Made by a program: the position numbers and the translations under genes. A stretch of DNA of 64,000 nt from contig NC_086108.1 of the NCBI RefSeq assembly GCF_963921235.1, forward strand, positions 54,810,001 to 54,874,000. Direction: 5' to 3'. Numbering within the stretch: the first letter of the stretch is position 1; the number at the start of each line of letters is the position of its first letter. The notes under the pieces are model-generated. The model was not told where the DNA came from. It saw nothing but the letters and a program-made list of their open reading frames with translations, and searched no databases. Shown here piece by piece: positions 37,824-51,139 of this stretch. The stretch comes from Mobula hypostoma. Lineage: Eukaryota.

Positions 37824-38797
37824 CAACCAAGTATGCAGTGAAATAAAGGGATAAGGGCAATGTTTAAAGGTAGACAGGTTCTTGTATTATTGATGAAGTG
37901 GAATTAGATGGTCTTAATGATGCTACAGCTCAGTAGTCATTCGCTAAACATGGTGAAATATGATAGGAAGGTTACAAACAATTTAGTTTAATTGGAAATG
38001 GTGTCCAGAGAGGGAGATGGAATTTATGACTGAGAAAAACAGTTCTTTTGATAGTGACTGGATCTTCCCAAGTAATGACATCCAAATTTACTGGGTCATA
38101 TTTCTGTACATATAAGAGCAGACAGTCATTATGGTTAATGTTATTGAGGCGATTGACATTTATGTAAAATAAAATACAGAAATAGATCGGGGAATCCAGA
38201 TTGAAGCAGAACAGCTTATAAATGTTGAATACATTTTAACAATTTCTTCTAAGTTTGTCAAATACTGCATGTTTGAGATTTACATTCATGTGCTACAGTT
38301 TCCAATGTGCTCACTTAATATGGGTATAATACAATAATCTTGTGTTATTAAGATGTGTATTTGATGTTTGATTAGTGTACCAGTTAATTTAATAGGATAT
38401 ATACTGAAAATTTCAAATTATTATCAAGTTTGGGACATGATATCAGACAGCATTTGTAGATTACAAAACAATTAAATCTTCAAGACAAATGACCTTTTAA
38501 AATCCAATTTTTTAAATTCTTCTATTTTGCCCTTCTCTTCATACCATTCACATAACAGCATGGCTGAAGGTGGGGAAATCGCAAAGACTGGGTTACTAAT
38601 TCTTTCATACAGTTACACAGCACTGAATTTGGTCCTTTGGTCTATCACATTTATGCTAACTTTTTGTCCATCTACACTAATCCCATTTCTCCACATTAGG
38701 CCTGTATCCTATTCCCTGCCTTTTTAAGTGCCTGTCTAAAAGTATCATAAAAATAATGATTGTATCTGACTCCACCAATGTATCTGGCATCAGGTTC

Positions 38798-41160
38798 GAG
38801 ACCATAAGATATAGGAGCAGAATTAGGCCATTTGACCCATTGAGTCTGCTCTTCCATTTCATCATGGCTGATCCATTTCTGTCTCAGCCCTAATCTCCTG
38901 CCTACTGCTGTATCCTTTCATGCTCTGACTAATCAAGAGCCTACCTCTGCCTTAAATATACCCAATGACTTGGCTTCCACATTCAGCTGTGGAAATGAAT
39001 TCACTGTCCAGCTAAAGAAATTCCCACTCATTTCAGTTCTAAATGGATGTTCCTCTAATCTGAGGCCATGTTTTCTGATCTTAGATTTCCCAAGCTATAG
39101 GAAACATCTTTTTCACATCCACTCTATAGAGGTCTTCCAACATTTGATTGGTTTCAATGAGATCCCCCCTCATTTTTCTGAATTCCAGTGAGTACAGGCC
39201 CAGAGCCATCAAATGCTCCTCATATGATGAGCCTTTCTATCCCGGCATCATTTTTGTGAACCTACTTCGACCTTCCTGGGGTGTAGACCATCTGGTCCAG
39301 GTGACTTACTTATCTTCAGACCTTTCAGTTTCCCAGGCACCTTCATCCTAGCAATGGCAACTTCGCTCACTTCTGCCCCCTGACACTCGAACTTCTGGCA
39401 TACAGCCAGTGTCTTCTACAGGGAAAAATAAATGCAACATACATAATTAGTTGGTCTGCCATTTCCTTGTCCACCGTTACTACCTCTCCAACATCATTTT
39501 GCAGTGGTCTAATATCTACTTTTGCCTCTCTTTTACACTTTGTATATCTGAAGAAACTTTTTGCATTTTCTTTAATATTATTGGCTACCTTACCTTCATA
39601 GCCCATCTTTTCCATAATGATTTTTTAATTTGTCTTCTGTTGGTTTTAAAAAGCTTACTAATCCTCTCACTTCCCACTAATTTTTGCTCTATTATATGCC
39701 CTCTCTTTGGCTTTGACTTTTCTTGTCAGCCATGATGCTCTGCTGTCATCCCTGCTAATTTTGGCCAGTCCGCTCTCATGCTACTGTAATTCCCTTTACT
39801 CCACTGTAATACTAATACATTTGACTTTAGCCTCTCCTTCTCTAATTGCGGGATGAATTCATCTTATAATGATCACTGTCCCTTTACCTTAAGCTCTTTA
39901 ATTAATTCCAGTTCATTGCACAATGGCCAATCCAGAATATCTAATTCCCTTGTGTGCTCAATCACAAGCTTTTCTAAATAGCTATCTTGGGATCTAGCAC
40001 CAACCTGATTTTTACAATCCTCCTGCACATGGACCCTCCCTCCCCCCCATGACTATCATAACATTGCCCCTTTGACATGCATTTTCTTTCTCTCGTTATA
40101 ATTTCTTGGCCACATCTTTGCTACTGTTCTGAGATCTGTATGTAACTTCCATCTGGGTCTTTTTACCTTGCTGCTGCTTAGCTCGACATGCAATGATTCT
40201 ACAGCTTCCATTCCTGTGTCACCTCTTTCTAATGATTTGATTTCATTTTTTTACCAACAGAACCATCCCACCACCTCTGCCTACCTGCCCGTTCCTTTGA
40301 TACAAAATGTATGCTTGGATGTTAAGCTCCCAGCTATAATCTTCTTGCAGCCACTATTCAGTGATGCCCACAATGTCATACATGCTGATCTGCAACTGTG
40401 CTATGTTCATATTCCTTATTCTATATACTCCATGCATTCATATGTAACACCTTCAGTCCTGCATTCATCACTCTTTTTGATTTTGTCTCCTTTTTACTTT
40501 GCAACTCATATTGACTGCAATTTTGTCCTATTGTTAGCCTTTCCTTGCTAGCAATGCAGCAGTGTGTTTGTAAACCTACTACCCCATCATCAGCCCTAGC
40601 AAACCTGACCGCGATGATATTGGTCTCCCTCAGGTTCAGGTGTAACTTGTCCCTTTTGTAAAAGTCATACCTTCCAAAGCGATCCCAATGATCCAGTAAT
40701 CTAAATGCCCGCCACCTGCACCAGTTCCACAGCTATATACTCATCTGCCAGATGCTCATATTCTTACCCTCACTGGCATGTGGCACAGGCAGCATTCCAG
40801 AGGTTACTACCCTGGAGATTACGCATTTTAGCTCCCTGAAATCTCTGTTCAGGACCTCCTCACTTTTCCACCCTATGTTATTGGTGCCAATATGTATGAA
40901 GACTTCTGGCTGCTCACCTCCCCCTTTCGACCTGATTGGAGACACCCCTGACCCTGGCACCTGGGAGGCAACATACCATCTAGGTGTCTCTATCGCATCC
41001 ACAGAATCTCATCTTTTTTCCTTTAGCTATGAAATCTCCGATCACTATTGCAGTCCTCTTCAAATCTCTTCTCTTCTGAGCCACTGTCCCAGACTCAGTG
41101 CCAGAGGACCCAGTTGCTATGCCTACCCCCTCCTTCCCTTAGGTTGCCCTCCCCCAAACA
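38798..41160 (-). mobile_element. Internally deleted CR1 (ORF1 to 3' tail) inserted into an older minus-strand CR1 (about 38600-38797 and 41160-41750)
   Basis: Tail gagaccataagatatagg at the left end. Endonuclease and esterase remnants (ORFs 39367-39615 and 40733-41002). Confidence 0.75.
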
Positions 41161-42242
41161 CTTTTCATGAGATTTTAACACTTTCCCCTCAAATCGCCTT
41201 TAAAGCTCCTTTCTGTTATATTAAACCTATGTCCCATTGTTCTTGATAGCCCTAGCCTGGAAAAGAGATTCTGACTATGTACCTTATTTATACTTGTTAA
41301 AATCTTATGCACCTTGGTCAAAGCATCCTTTGGCTTCCTTTGCTCCAGGGCAAAAAAAGTAGGGCTGTCCAATCTCTTCCATAAACTAAAGTTGTTCAGT
41401 GCAAAACTGGACAAGTATGGCCCAGCCAGTGTTTTGTAAAATTGCAACATAACCTCCAACTTTTATTTTCTAAGCTCCAACCTGTGAAGGCAGGTGTGCC
41501 ATATGCCTTCTTCGCCAACCTATCCACCTGTGTTACCACTAAAGTCCATATAAATAATTTTGTATCACCCTGCCTTTGTCAATCTTCTTGGTTGCTTCCC
41601 TTTAAAAGAAATTGATCAAATTATCCTGCATAAAGCCACACTGACTATGTTCGATCAATCTCTGTGTTTCCAAATGATCCGAAGATGATCCCTTAGGATT
41701 TTCTCCAATAAATTCCATACCATTGATATAAATCTCATTTAAACCAACTGTAGATTTATTTCCAGTCATCAGTCCCTGTATCTTTATGTTCAAAATGAAA
41801 ATTTATCTCGTTTATGAAATGTATCACCAAAAATATAATAAAAATGGTTCTGAAGTTGATGCACCTCAAGTTAAGAGGAAACATAAACATAAATGTTACT
41901 ACTTTTTGAATTGCTATGTAATCCAATCAATATGTTGAAGTAAAAGTTAATTACTTCATTGACCCATTGATCGTCATCTGAAGTATCAGTTAAAAATTAC
42001 CCATTTACATACTTCTGTAGTTACTTCAATATGTAGGCTTCATTGGGGATAATTTTCTTCAGTATGGAGAGCAAGAGCATGAACAGATCAGAGCTAAGCC
42101 AGCAATGAATAACAACTTTGCAGATAGCTAATTTGTAGCAAAACGTTTATTTGAATGTGCTTGCTGCAGTAGGGTACAGGTAATGTTCCATTTTTTTAAA
42201 ACCTATTATGTTGAGATTGCTGTCCTGTGTTTCATATTTCAG

Positions 42243-42359
42243 ATCCAGTGGGGAGCCTGTGGACTCGTGCTGGCAGGCAATGCAGTAATCTTTCTCACCA
42301 TTTTGGGCTTTTTCCTAGTGTTTGGTAGAGGGGATGACTTTAGTTGGGAGCAATGGTAG
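42243..42359 (+). CDS. LEPROT: LEPROT coding exon 4 (last)
   Basis: tttcag|[38 protein letters not shown]. The four exons total 16+76+187+117 = 396 nt, i.e. 131 aa plus stop. Confidence 0.96.
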   Translation: MQWGACGLVLAGNAVIFLTILGFFLVFGRGDDFSWEQW

Positions 42360-44590
42360 TTTTGCAATGAACCCTGGATATGATGACCCTTTGATGCTGA
42401 ACCTACTAAAACTCCAACTAAAGTGCAGTGTGTACCATCTGTAAATGCAGCATTCAAAAATAACCCAAGATTTATTTGTATATTAAATTTAGTTATTTCA
42501 TGACCTAGGTCTGTGCTAATCTCGCAATTCCAAAATAGTAAAATTTTATTTGAACACAAAGATGGGCCTTTGCAAGTATTTGCCTGTGTTGACCAATGAA
42601 CAAAATATATTGTAGGGTGCATGATGACATCTACTCCGATGAGAGGAAAGTATACTCCTTGGTTCTTGAAACGTGCATCAGGTTTTTCGTTTTAATACAT
42701 TGTATAAACAAAAGTAAAAAAAGTAAAACTATTGGAGGAGTTCTGATGTGATTGGTGGCATTGTTAGTTGAATTTGACTGGGGGATTTACCATTGGCCCA
42801 CTCCTGCGGTATAGAGAGGTATAAATCCTCTTGACTAGTTAGTTATTTGTTCTGCCTCTTTTTAGCCAAAAAGACCATCATTATTGACCTGGCATTTACC
42901 TTGATGTCAGAGCTTTTACAATGCATCTTGAGCAACTATATATTATTTCCAATGAACAGAATGTCACCATTTGCTCTTTCAGAGTTTGTCTTTGCCATTT
43001 TGATATGCTTATATAAAAGTTCATTGTGCTTTAAGAACTTAAAATGCAATGTATTTAAGTTATCCTTAAGATCTCTAGGATCTTTTTCTTTTTGTACTAT
43101 ATGCAAGACAAAAAGAGGTTTGAAATGCTTAGAAACAGAAGCACTACTCAAAAATTCTTGACAACCATTGTATTGTGTTCTACCCTTTCTAATGCTGACT
43201 GTCTCATATTTTGAAGAAAGGATTATTTGACTAAAACAGACATTTACTGTATCTTCTATGTATCAACATTAAAGTTAATGTAAGGAGTATCTCCGCAACT
43301 GTCATGTTGTACCTAGTGGAGAAAGACTTCTGAAATTTAAGTATCTAAAAAGAATGTGATGGGGTTATGGGAACATTGAAGTTGATTACATTATGTGGTA
43401 TTTGTAACCAATAATTTCACAGTAAATTATCGATATTGTATACCCTTCATGAAAGGTTTTATTTCAATATTAAGCCAAGCCCAAAGATATATGTGTAGAT
43501 GCAGCATTAAATGCCATACTTGTGGTAACTCATTGGCACCATGCTGTGCCTACTGTTGTTAATACATTGACTTATGTTCTCCCAAGTGGAACCAAGAATA
43601 AGAAATACATTAAACTTAAAGCATGTGACCATCTTGACAATTTCTATATTTTGTTTCCAGAATGATTTTGTAACTTGCAGGCTTATCCATGGAGCATGCT
43701 TTTTTTTTGGAAGAAGCTTTGACTACATATTGTAGAATATGTCAAATAAAATTATAAAGGCTAGTGTTTCATAATATTAGATGAATGTCTAATATGATAT
43801 TTGTATGCTTATTCAATGCTGGCATTAAGTATTTAATGGCATGGTTTCCATATTTGTAGCTAATATTTCCTTGATTAAATTTGGCCTTGTTATTTGAAAT
43901 GCAGCCAAAAGCTAATTGGAGAAAAACATTTGAAGTCAGTTATCTCTCCCATTTTGTTATTTGTGTATTCAATTTCTTAAACCATAGTCAAAACCTTGAT
44001 TAAATGTTGAAGTTGTAATTTGCAAATGAAGATTATGCCCATCTTAAATAGTGTCTTTTGCATGTATAGAAACTGAAATATTGTGTGCAAAATTATTCAT
44101 TATTCATTTGTATGCTGGCAGGGCACAGGTCATGAATCAGTTCCTTGCCTTCAGATCATTTAAATGTTGCACTAAGTTGGAAACTTGTTTTGACTATTCC
44201 TGTTGGTCATTTGATACAAGTAAAATGTTGAAGAATAGCATTAATTATTGATCTTCAAATTTAGAAGATATTTTTAATAGATTTATTTGTGGAGGCAGGG
44301 ATTTACTTTTTGTTAAATGGGGTTCCCTTTGGTTGAAGTTTCTTATTATGACTCTGTAAGAATATTGTAAGCTTCAAATGCCACAGATTGCTTTTAAACT
44401 TTTGTATGTGAATTGTTTACTGAATGTTATTGTCAATAAATTTTCAATACTTTTTCCACTGCATACCTTGTAAGCTAAACTAATTGTAGAATAATGAATT
44501 TGGCTGATACAGTATCTCAAATTGATTCTTATACAGTTTTGTGTTTGAATTTAAATGTAAACTAATAAAATGCAACTTTTTTGTTACCTG
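42360..44590 (+). other. LEPROT: Putative LEPROT 3' UTR
   Basis: About 2.2 kb, AT-rich, no recognisable TE. AATAAA at 44435-44440 and 44564-44569. Confidence 0.65.
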
Positions 44591-44814
44591 AATTGATTAC
44601 ATGTTCCAGGAGTTCATATTAGGAGCAGGAGTATCTTCCCATTTCAACACTGATAGTAACCATATTAAAGATAAGTGGTTGGAAGCAGTTTAAATCTTCC
44701 ATTTTATTTTCTCCTCTCAATTATCCAATTATATAGCAAAGTATGTGATGCAAGTCAATTTATTGCTATTTCCATGCTTGGGTCATTGCTTATTAGGAAC
44801 TGGAGTACCAGGAT

Positions 44815-45845
44815 CAGTCATCAAACCTGCAGACAAGGGTGATTGTATTGTGGTCTGGCAGACTGATTACTACCTTCTAGAGGCCTACCAACAGCTCTTG
44901 GATACCTCCTCTTATCAACCCCTAGACTATGATACCACCGACAAACTCCAGGTCATCATCTTATGCACTGTCAAAGATGTCATCACATCAGAAGATCTCC
45001 CTTCCATGGCCTCTAAACTAATAGTTCCTCAACCATGCACTTGCCACTTTTACTTTTTGCTGAAGGTTCACAAACAGTACTGTCTTGTTAGGCCCATTGT
45101 TTCTGCCTGCTCTTGCCCCACCAGACCTGTCTCCAAATATATTTGCTCCGTCCAGTCTCCCCTTGTTCAGACCCTTCCTAACTACTGGGACATTTTGCAT
45201 GCCCTCTACCATATGGACAACTTCACACTCCCCGGCCTCATCTTCTCCATGGATGTTCAGTATTTATACACCTACATCCAGTTTGGAAGATGCAAGATCC
45301 TCTACTTCTTTCCAGCACAAAGATCCAACCAGTTACCCTACACCAGCACTGCCATTGGCCTGGCTGAACTTGTTAGAACTATGCCTGTCCTTTAGTTAGC
45401 TATGGAGAATGATCTCTGTTCCAAAACTGTTGGTACCACTCCTCCAAATCTTTCTCTGTTACGTTGATGACTGCATTGGTGCTATTTCTTGCATTGATGC
45501 AGAACTCATCAATTTTATCAACTTTGCCACCAACTTCCACCCTGTTCTCAAATTCACGTGGGCCATTTCTGACACCTCTTCCTTTTTTTCATTTCCCCTG
45601 CATCTGTTGCCCACCTCATTTCTCTCAATGCGAGTGGTTCCCATGCTCAGTTGCTTATCAGATTTTGGCATTGGTAGCTTTTGGTTTTCCTGCTACCTGC
45701 CTTCATTAGTTGTGTCCAGTTTTCATCTAGAGCTATGAAGAAAGATTTTTGACCTGAAAATTGGATTGTCCATTTTCATCCATACATGCTGTCTCAGACT
45801 GCTTGTGTTACTGCAGATTGCAACACCTGCAGTCTTCTGTGACTC
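44815..45845 (+). mobile_element. Degenerate PLE, RT fragment and terminal remnant
   Basis: IKPADKG..IVVW, KVHK...RPIVS, FSMDVQYLYT and YVDDCI (ORFs 44745-45395 and 45409-45738). Confidence 0.8.
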
Positions 45846-46479
45846 CATGCTAATTATGTGACCTGTTCTCTGGTAGGTATGTTTGCTTGGGAGAGGCTGC
45901 TGCCTGGTTTGTCTATCCTGCTTTGTGGCTTTGTATGGTTTTGTGCAGGTAGCTTTGGTGATTTTTCCACTGCTTTCAGACAGGAACCATAAATTGTTAT
46001 ACCTCTAATCCAAGCAGAAGAATAGGGATTACTGTGATATGGTAAATTATGAGTGGTGCTGGGATTGAGATCATGGTCTTTGAACACCTTGCAGCTGGTA
46101 GATCAAGGCTATATCGTATTTTGAGGTGAAGAGTCTACATCATTGACTTCCTTTTCTGACCGGTGATTCATGAGTAAGGGGAACTGATTATTTTGGGTTC
46201 TCATATACCTTGATTGTTGGGATGATGTGAACAATGACGGCAGGCTTGTGAAGTATGTTTGCCTTCTGGATATTTAGTGCAGGGCCCTTTTCATTTTTCA
46301 GTGAAAGAATTAACCAGGGTTTAGAGCTCCGGCATAGCCTAAAACATTAACATAGTTGCTCTTTCTATTGATGTGGCCTGACCTATTGAGTATTTCAAGC
46401 ATTTTCAGTTTTTATTTAAATTTGTTTGCATTTTTAGTTTACTTTTGATTTTTAGCATTTGCACTTGTTTTACTTTATT

Positions 46480-48400
46480 CTGCCTAGCCCCATTGACCCT
46501 CACCTGGACTGTAGCCCTCCATACCCCTCTCAACTAAGTACTTATCCAAACTTGTGTCGCAGTAAAAACCGCATCCACCACTCCTGCTGGCAGCTCGTTT
46601 TGCACTCATGCCACCTTCTGAGTAAAGAAGTGTCCCTCAGCTTCCCTTTAAATATTTCATCTTTCACCCTATCCCTATGACATCTGGTTCTAGTCTCACT
46701 GAACCTCTGTGGGAAAAATCTTAAACACAAGGGAAGCTGCAGATGCTGGAAATCCAGAGCAACACACACAAAATGCTGGAGGAACTTGACAGGTTAGACG
46801 GCATCTATGAAAATGAATAAATTGTTGACGTTTTGAGCCAAGACCCTTCATCCGGACTGGAAAGGAAGGGGGAAAACTCCAGTATAAAAAGTTGGGGGGA
46901 GGGGAAAGATGACAAGCCAGAAGGTGGGTGGGGAAGGTACCCAATATCCAACACAACATTCTCCGCAATTTCCACCATCTTTAAGAGAATCCTACCACCA
47001 AACACTTCTTTACTTCCTCCCACCCTACTTTCCACTTTCAGCAGGGATTGCTTCCATGCTTCCTTTGTCCTTCTGTCCCTCCCCGCTAATCTGCTTCCTA
47101 CAAGTGAGAGAAATGCTTCACCTCCTCCCTAAACCTCCATTCAGGGCCTCAAAACAGTCCTTCCAGGGGAGGCAACACTTTGTCTGCAAATCTGTTGTTA
47201 TCTATTGTATCTGGTGCTTCAGATGCTGCCTCCTCCATATTGGTGAGTCCTGACTTAAATTGGGGACTGCTTTGTTGAGCATCTCCACTCCATTCATCAA
47301 AAGTGGAATTTCCTGGTGCCAACCATTTTAATTCCTATCTCCATTCGTGTTCCATCATGTTGGTCCATGCCGTTGTCTTCTGCCACGATGAGGCCACTTA
47401 GGGTGGAGGAGGAACACCATGTATTCTGTCTAGGTAGTCTCTAATCTAATTACAGGAACACTAATTTCTCCTGGTTTTTTTTTCTCTTCTTTTTCCTTCC
47501 CCCTTCTCTCTTCTTCTATTCCTCACTTTCCTGTTACCTCTTCTCCTTACCCGCTGGTCACCTTGCTCGGTGCCCCTCCTCCTTCCCTTTCTCCCATGGT
47601 CCAATCTACTATCAGATTCCTTCTTCTCCAGCCTTTTGCTTTTTCCACTCACCTGGCTTCACCTATCATCTTCTAGCTTTACCTCTTTCCACTCTCTCAG
47701 CTTTTTACTCTGGCATTTTCCCCCTTCTTTTCCAGTCCTGATGAAGGGTCTCAGCCCAAAACATCAACTGTTTATTCATTTTCAAAGATGCTGAGTTCCT
47801 CCAGCATTTTTGTGTGTTCTGTGGAGAAAGGCTGTTGCCTTTACCCCATCTATACCTTTCATAATTTATATATTTCTATAAAATCTCCCCTTATTCTCCT
47901 CTGCTTCAGGGAATATAATCCTAGGCTATTTAACCTGTCTTTATAACTTAGGTCCTCATGTTCCAGCAGCATCCTTATAAGTTTTCTTTGTTCTTTTTCA
48001 ATTTCATTGATAATTTTCTTACAGGTAAGTGACCAGAACTACATACAATACTCTGAATTTGGACTCACTAATGCCTTGTGTCACTTCAACATAACCTCTC
48101 AACTTTTGTACTTCATTTTCTGATTTATGAAGGCCATTATGCCAAAAGCACTCTTTCTGACCCTCTATGGCCCTATCTTCCTAAGGCACCATCTTCAAGA
48201 AATTATGGATCTGTATTTCCAGATTCCTCTGTTCTACTGCACATCTCAGTGCCTTACTGTTCACTATGCAAGTTCTGCCCTGGTTTGTCCTCCTGAAGTA
48301 CAACACCTTAGACTTGTCCGCTTTAAGTTCCATCTGTCAATTTTTCTAGCAGGTCCAAATCCCTCTGCAAGCTTTGAAACCCTTTTTCGCTATGCCTCCA
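46480..48400 (-). mobile_element. CR1 3' fragment hosting a PLE insertion
   Basis: Minus-strand CR1 3' region at 46480-46717, resuming at 47818. Confidence 0.7.
46718..47817 (+). mobile_element. PLE fragment with an inverted upstream terminal repeat
   Basis: 46722-46935 is an inverted copy of the 3' end, followed by a GIY-YIG remnant (VIYCIWCFRCCLLHIGES) and a direct 3' end. Imperfect TSD tctgtgggaaaa / tctgtggagaaa. Confidence 0.78.
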
Positions 48401-49149
48401 ATCTGGTTTTAAAATTGTAAAAGATAATTGCTCAGTCCTTTATAAATGCACAGTCCATCAAGCTGGTGACCAGCACTCTTTGTCTATTTTGGAATATGCA
48501 TTTTACTCCTCATCATATCCATGAAGCAGCTGGACACTGAAGGCCCACTGAAAGCCAATAGGATTTGAATAGCAAAATTGGCATCATTTTTGACATGCTG
48601 ATTAATTGCAACATTATAGGCAAAGGCACCCAGCATGTTCTCTTTAAAACCTGGGGGTGTTTAAATTAACAGGAAAAGGCACATATTCTCTAATCGTGCC
48701 AATTATATCTAGTGTGAATAAGTTAGAAACTAAAATTACTGTCTGGTATAATAACTGTTAAATATAGCTTTCAGCTCACCATTTGGAGGAATAGATCCTG
48801 TTTCATCCATCCAGAGCACAGGGAAACTGTTGAGCTGATTATAAGCAAAATGAATCCTTTGATTATTGTTGGAGACAGAATGTTCTCAAGGAAAGTAAGG
48901 CTACTAACAGCAGAAGGTCATTTAGTAATTTGAAGTGTTCCTTAGAAAGTTTAGATAATGCATGGAGTGTATATTATCCTCACTTTATCATGTTCAATTT
49001 TGACTAGTTTATATTTAGATATGTTTTATGAAGTTACCATGTTTCATCAGATTACACCTGCAAATGTATTCTACTTGGATATGGTTGTGCATGAACGGGA
49101 CTGAGTGCGACTTGGCTGAAGTAATTCTTTGGTGTTTGGGTGGAGGAAT

Positions 49150-50430
49150 AGAGCTATAGAGCACAGAAGCAGGGCCTTCAGTCTACCTAGTCCCATCTAC
49201 AATCACCTGAACCATATCCCTCCGAATACTTTCTATCCATGTACCTATCCAAGCTTCTCTTAAATGTTGAGTTGAACCATGTCTATCAATTCCGCTGGCA
49301 ACTTGATCTATACTTGCACCACCTGCTGAGTGAAGTTTCCCCTCAGATTTCCTTTGAATATTTCACTTTTCACCCTAAACCTAAGACCTCTAGTTCTTGT
49401 CTCGCCCAATCTTGGGGGGCGGCGGGGGGTGGGGGGAGAGCCTACATGCATTCACCCTATCTATACCACTCATGATTTTGTGTACCTCCTAAAAGATCTC
49501 CCCTCATTCCCCTGTGCTTCAGGGAATAAAATCCTAATCTATTCTCCCTTTCCTATAACTCAGGTCCTCAAGTCTTGGCAACATCCTAATTTTTCTCTGC
49601 ATTCTTTCAAGCTTTTTTTGGTATTTTCCTGATTGGAGGTGATTAGACCTCCCTCCACACAGTACTGTAAATTTGGCCTTGTCAATGTCTTGAACAACTT
49701 TAACAGGCAACTCCTGTACTCACTGAAGGCCAAGGTACTACAGAATCTCTTCACAACCGTATCTGCCTGTGATGTCACTTTCAAGGCATTATGGATTTGT
49801 ATTCACAGGCATTGATCGTGTGGATAGTCAGAGGCTTTTTCCCAGGACTGAAATGGTTGCCACAAGAGGACACAGGTTTAAGGTGCTGGGAAGTAGGTAC
49901 AGTGGAGATGTCAGGGGTAAGTTTTTTACTCAGAGAGTGGTGAGTGCGTGGAATGGGCTGCCAGCAACGGTGGTGGAGGGGGATACGATAGGGTCTTTAA
50001 GAGACTTTTAGATAGGTACATGGAGCTTAGAAAAATAGAGGGCTATGGGGAAGTCTAGTAATTTCTAAAGTAGGACCATGTTCGGCACAACTTTGTGGGC
50101 CGAAGGACCTGTATTGTGCTGCAGGTTTTCTATGTTTCTATGTACCTTTAATGCACACTTCAGTGCCCTACTGATCAGTGTGTGAGTCATACTCTGGTTT
50201 GTCCTTCTACAGTGGAACACCTCACACTTGTGTGCATTAAATTTCATTTGCCATTTTTCTGCGCATTTTCCCATCTGGTCAAGAACACACTGCAAGGTTT
50301 GCTAGCCATTCTTGCTTCCCTTTATGTCCCTAATTTTACTATCATCTACAAATTTGCTGATTCATTTTACCACATCATTAACATAGATGATAAAGAATAA
50401 CACAACCAGCGCTGATACTGTGGCACTAGG
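49150..50430 (-). mobile_element. CR1 fragment (-) containing a short plus-strand CR1 3' end (about 49806-50143)
   Basis: Minus-strand RT remnants (ORFs 49560-49784 and 50065-50295). The insert encodes RGHRFKVLG..FFTQRVV and ends in ttctatgtttctatgt. Confidence 0.75.
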
Positions 50431-50898
50431 TACAGGAGTATCTGTGCAGAAGATGACTCTGACAAGAAATGATACAGAGCGTGTGGTGGGGTGGGTTAGT
50501 GGATGGAGGTATTGATCAGCCTCACTGCATGGGGAAAGTAACTGTTTCTGAGTCTGGTGGTCTTAGCATGGATGCTGTTTTGTCTCCTCTTCAGTGGGAG
50601 TGGGACAAGCAGTCTATGAGCAGGCTGTTGAAGTGCAGTTGCCTTTGTGGAATAATCTAAAACAAGAGCTTCAGGTTAAAGAGTTACTGATTTAAGACAT
50701 AAAAAGGGAGGAACATCTTTTCCCAGAATGCTCCCACTCTTTTTCCCCAGAGAACTGTATTGTTGAATGTATTTAAGACCGAGATAGATTTTGCACTGAA
50801 GGGTAATTGCAGGTTATTGTGTACAGGTAGTAAAATGGAGCTGAGGCCAACATCAAGCCAGCTAGGCTCTTTTTGAATGTCAGAACAGTTCCTACTTA

Positions 50899-51139
50899 AA
50901 CACGAGGAAATCTGTAGATGCTGGAATTTCAAGCAACACACATAAAAGTTGCTGGTGAATGCAGCAGGCCAGGCAGCATCTATAGGAAGAGGTACGGTCG
51001 ATGTTTTGGGCTGAGACTCTTCGTCAGGACCTTTCATCAGGGTCCTGACGAAGGGTCTTGGCCTGAAACATCGACTGTACCTCTTCCTATAGATGCTGCC
51101 TGGCCTGCTGCGTTCACCAGCAACTTTTATGTGTGTTGC
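50899..51139. mobile_element. 241-bp palindromic PLE-derived element with two divergent hammerhead motifs
   Basis: 14-bp TSD acagttcctactta (50885-50898 and 51140-51153). 99-bp inverted arms at 50933-51031 and 51041-51139. Confidence 0.9.

Noticed and set aside
22534..42359. LEPROTL1 instead of LEPROT
   Set aside because: The MAGIK start resembles LEPROTL1, but [34 protein letters not shown] and the DNAJC6 synteny fit LEPROT.
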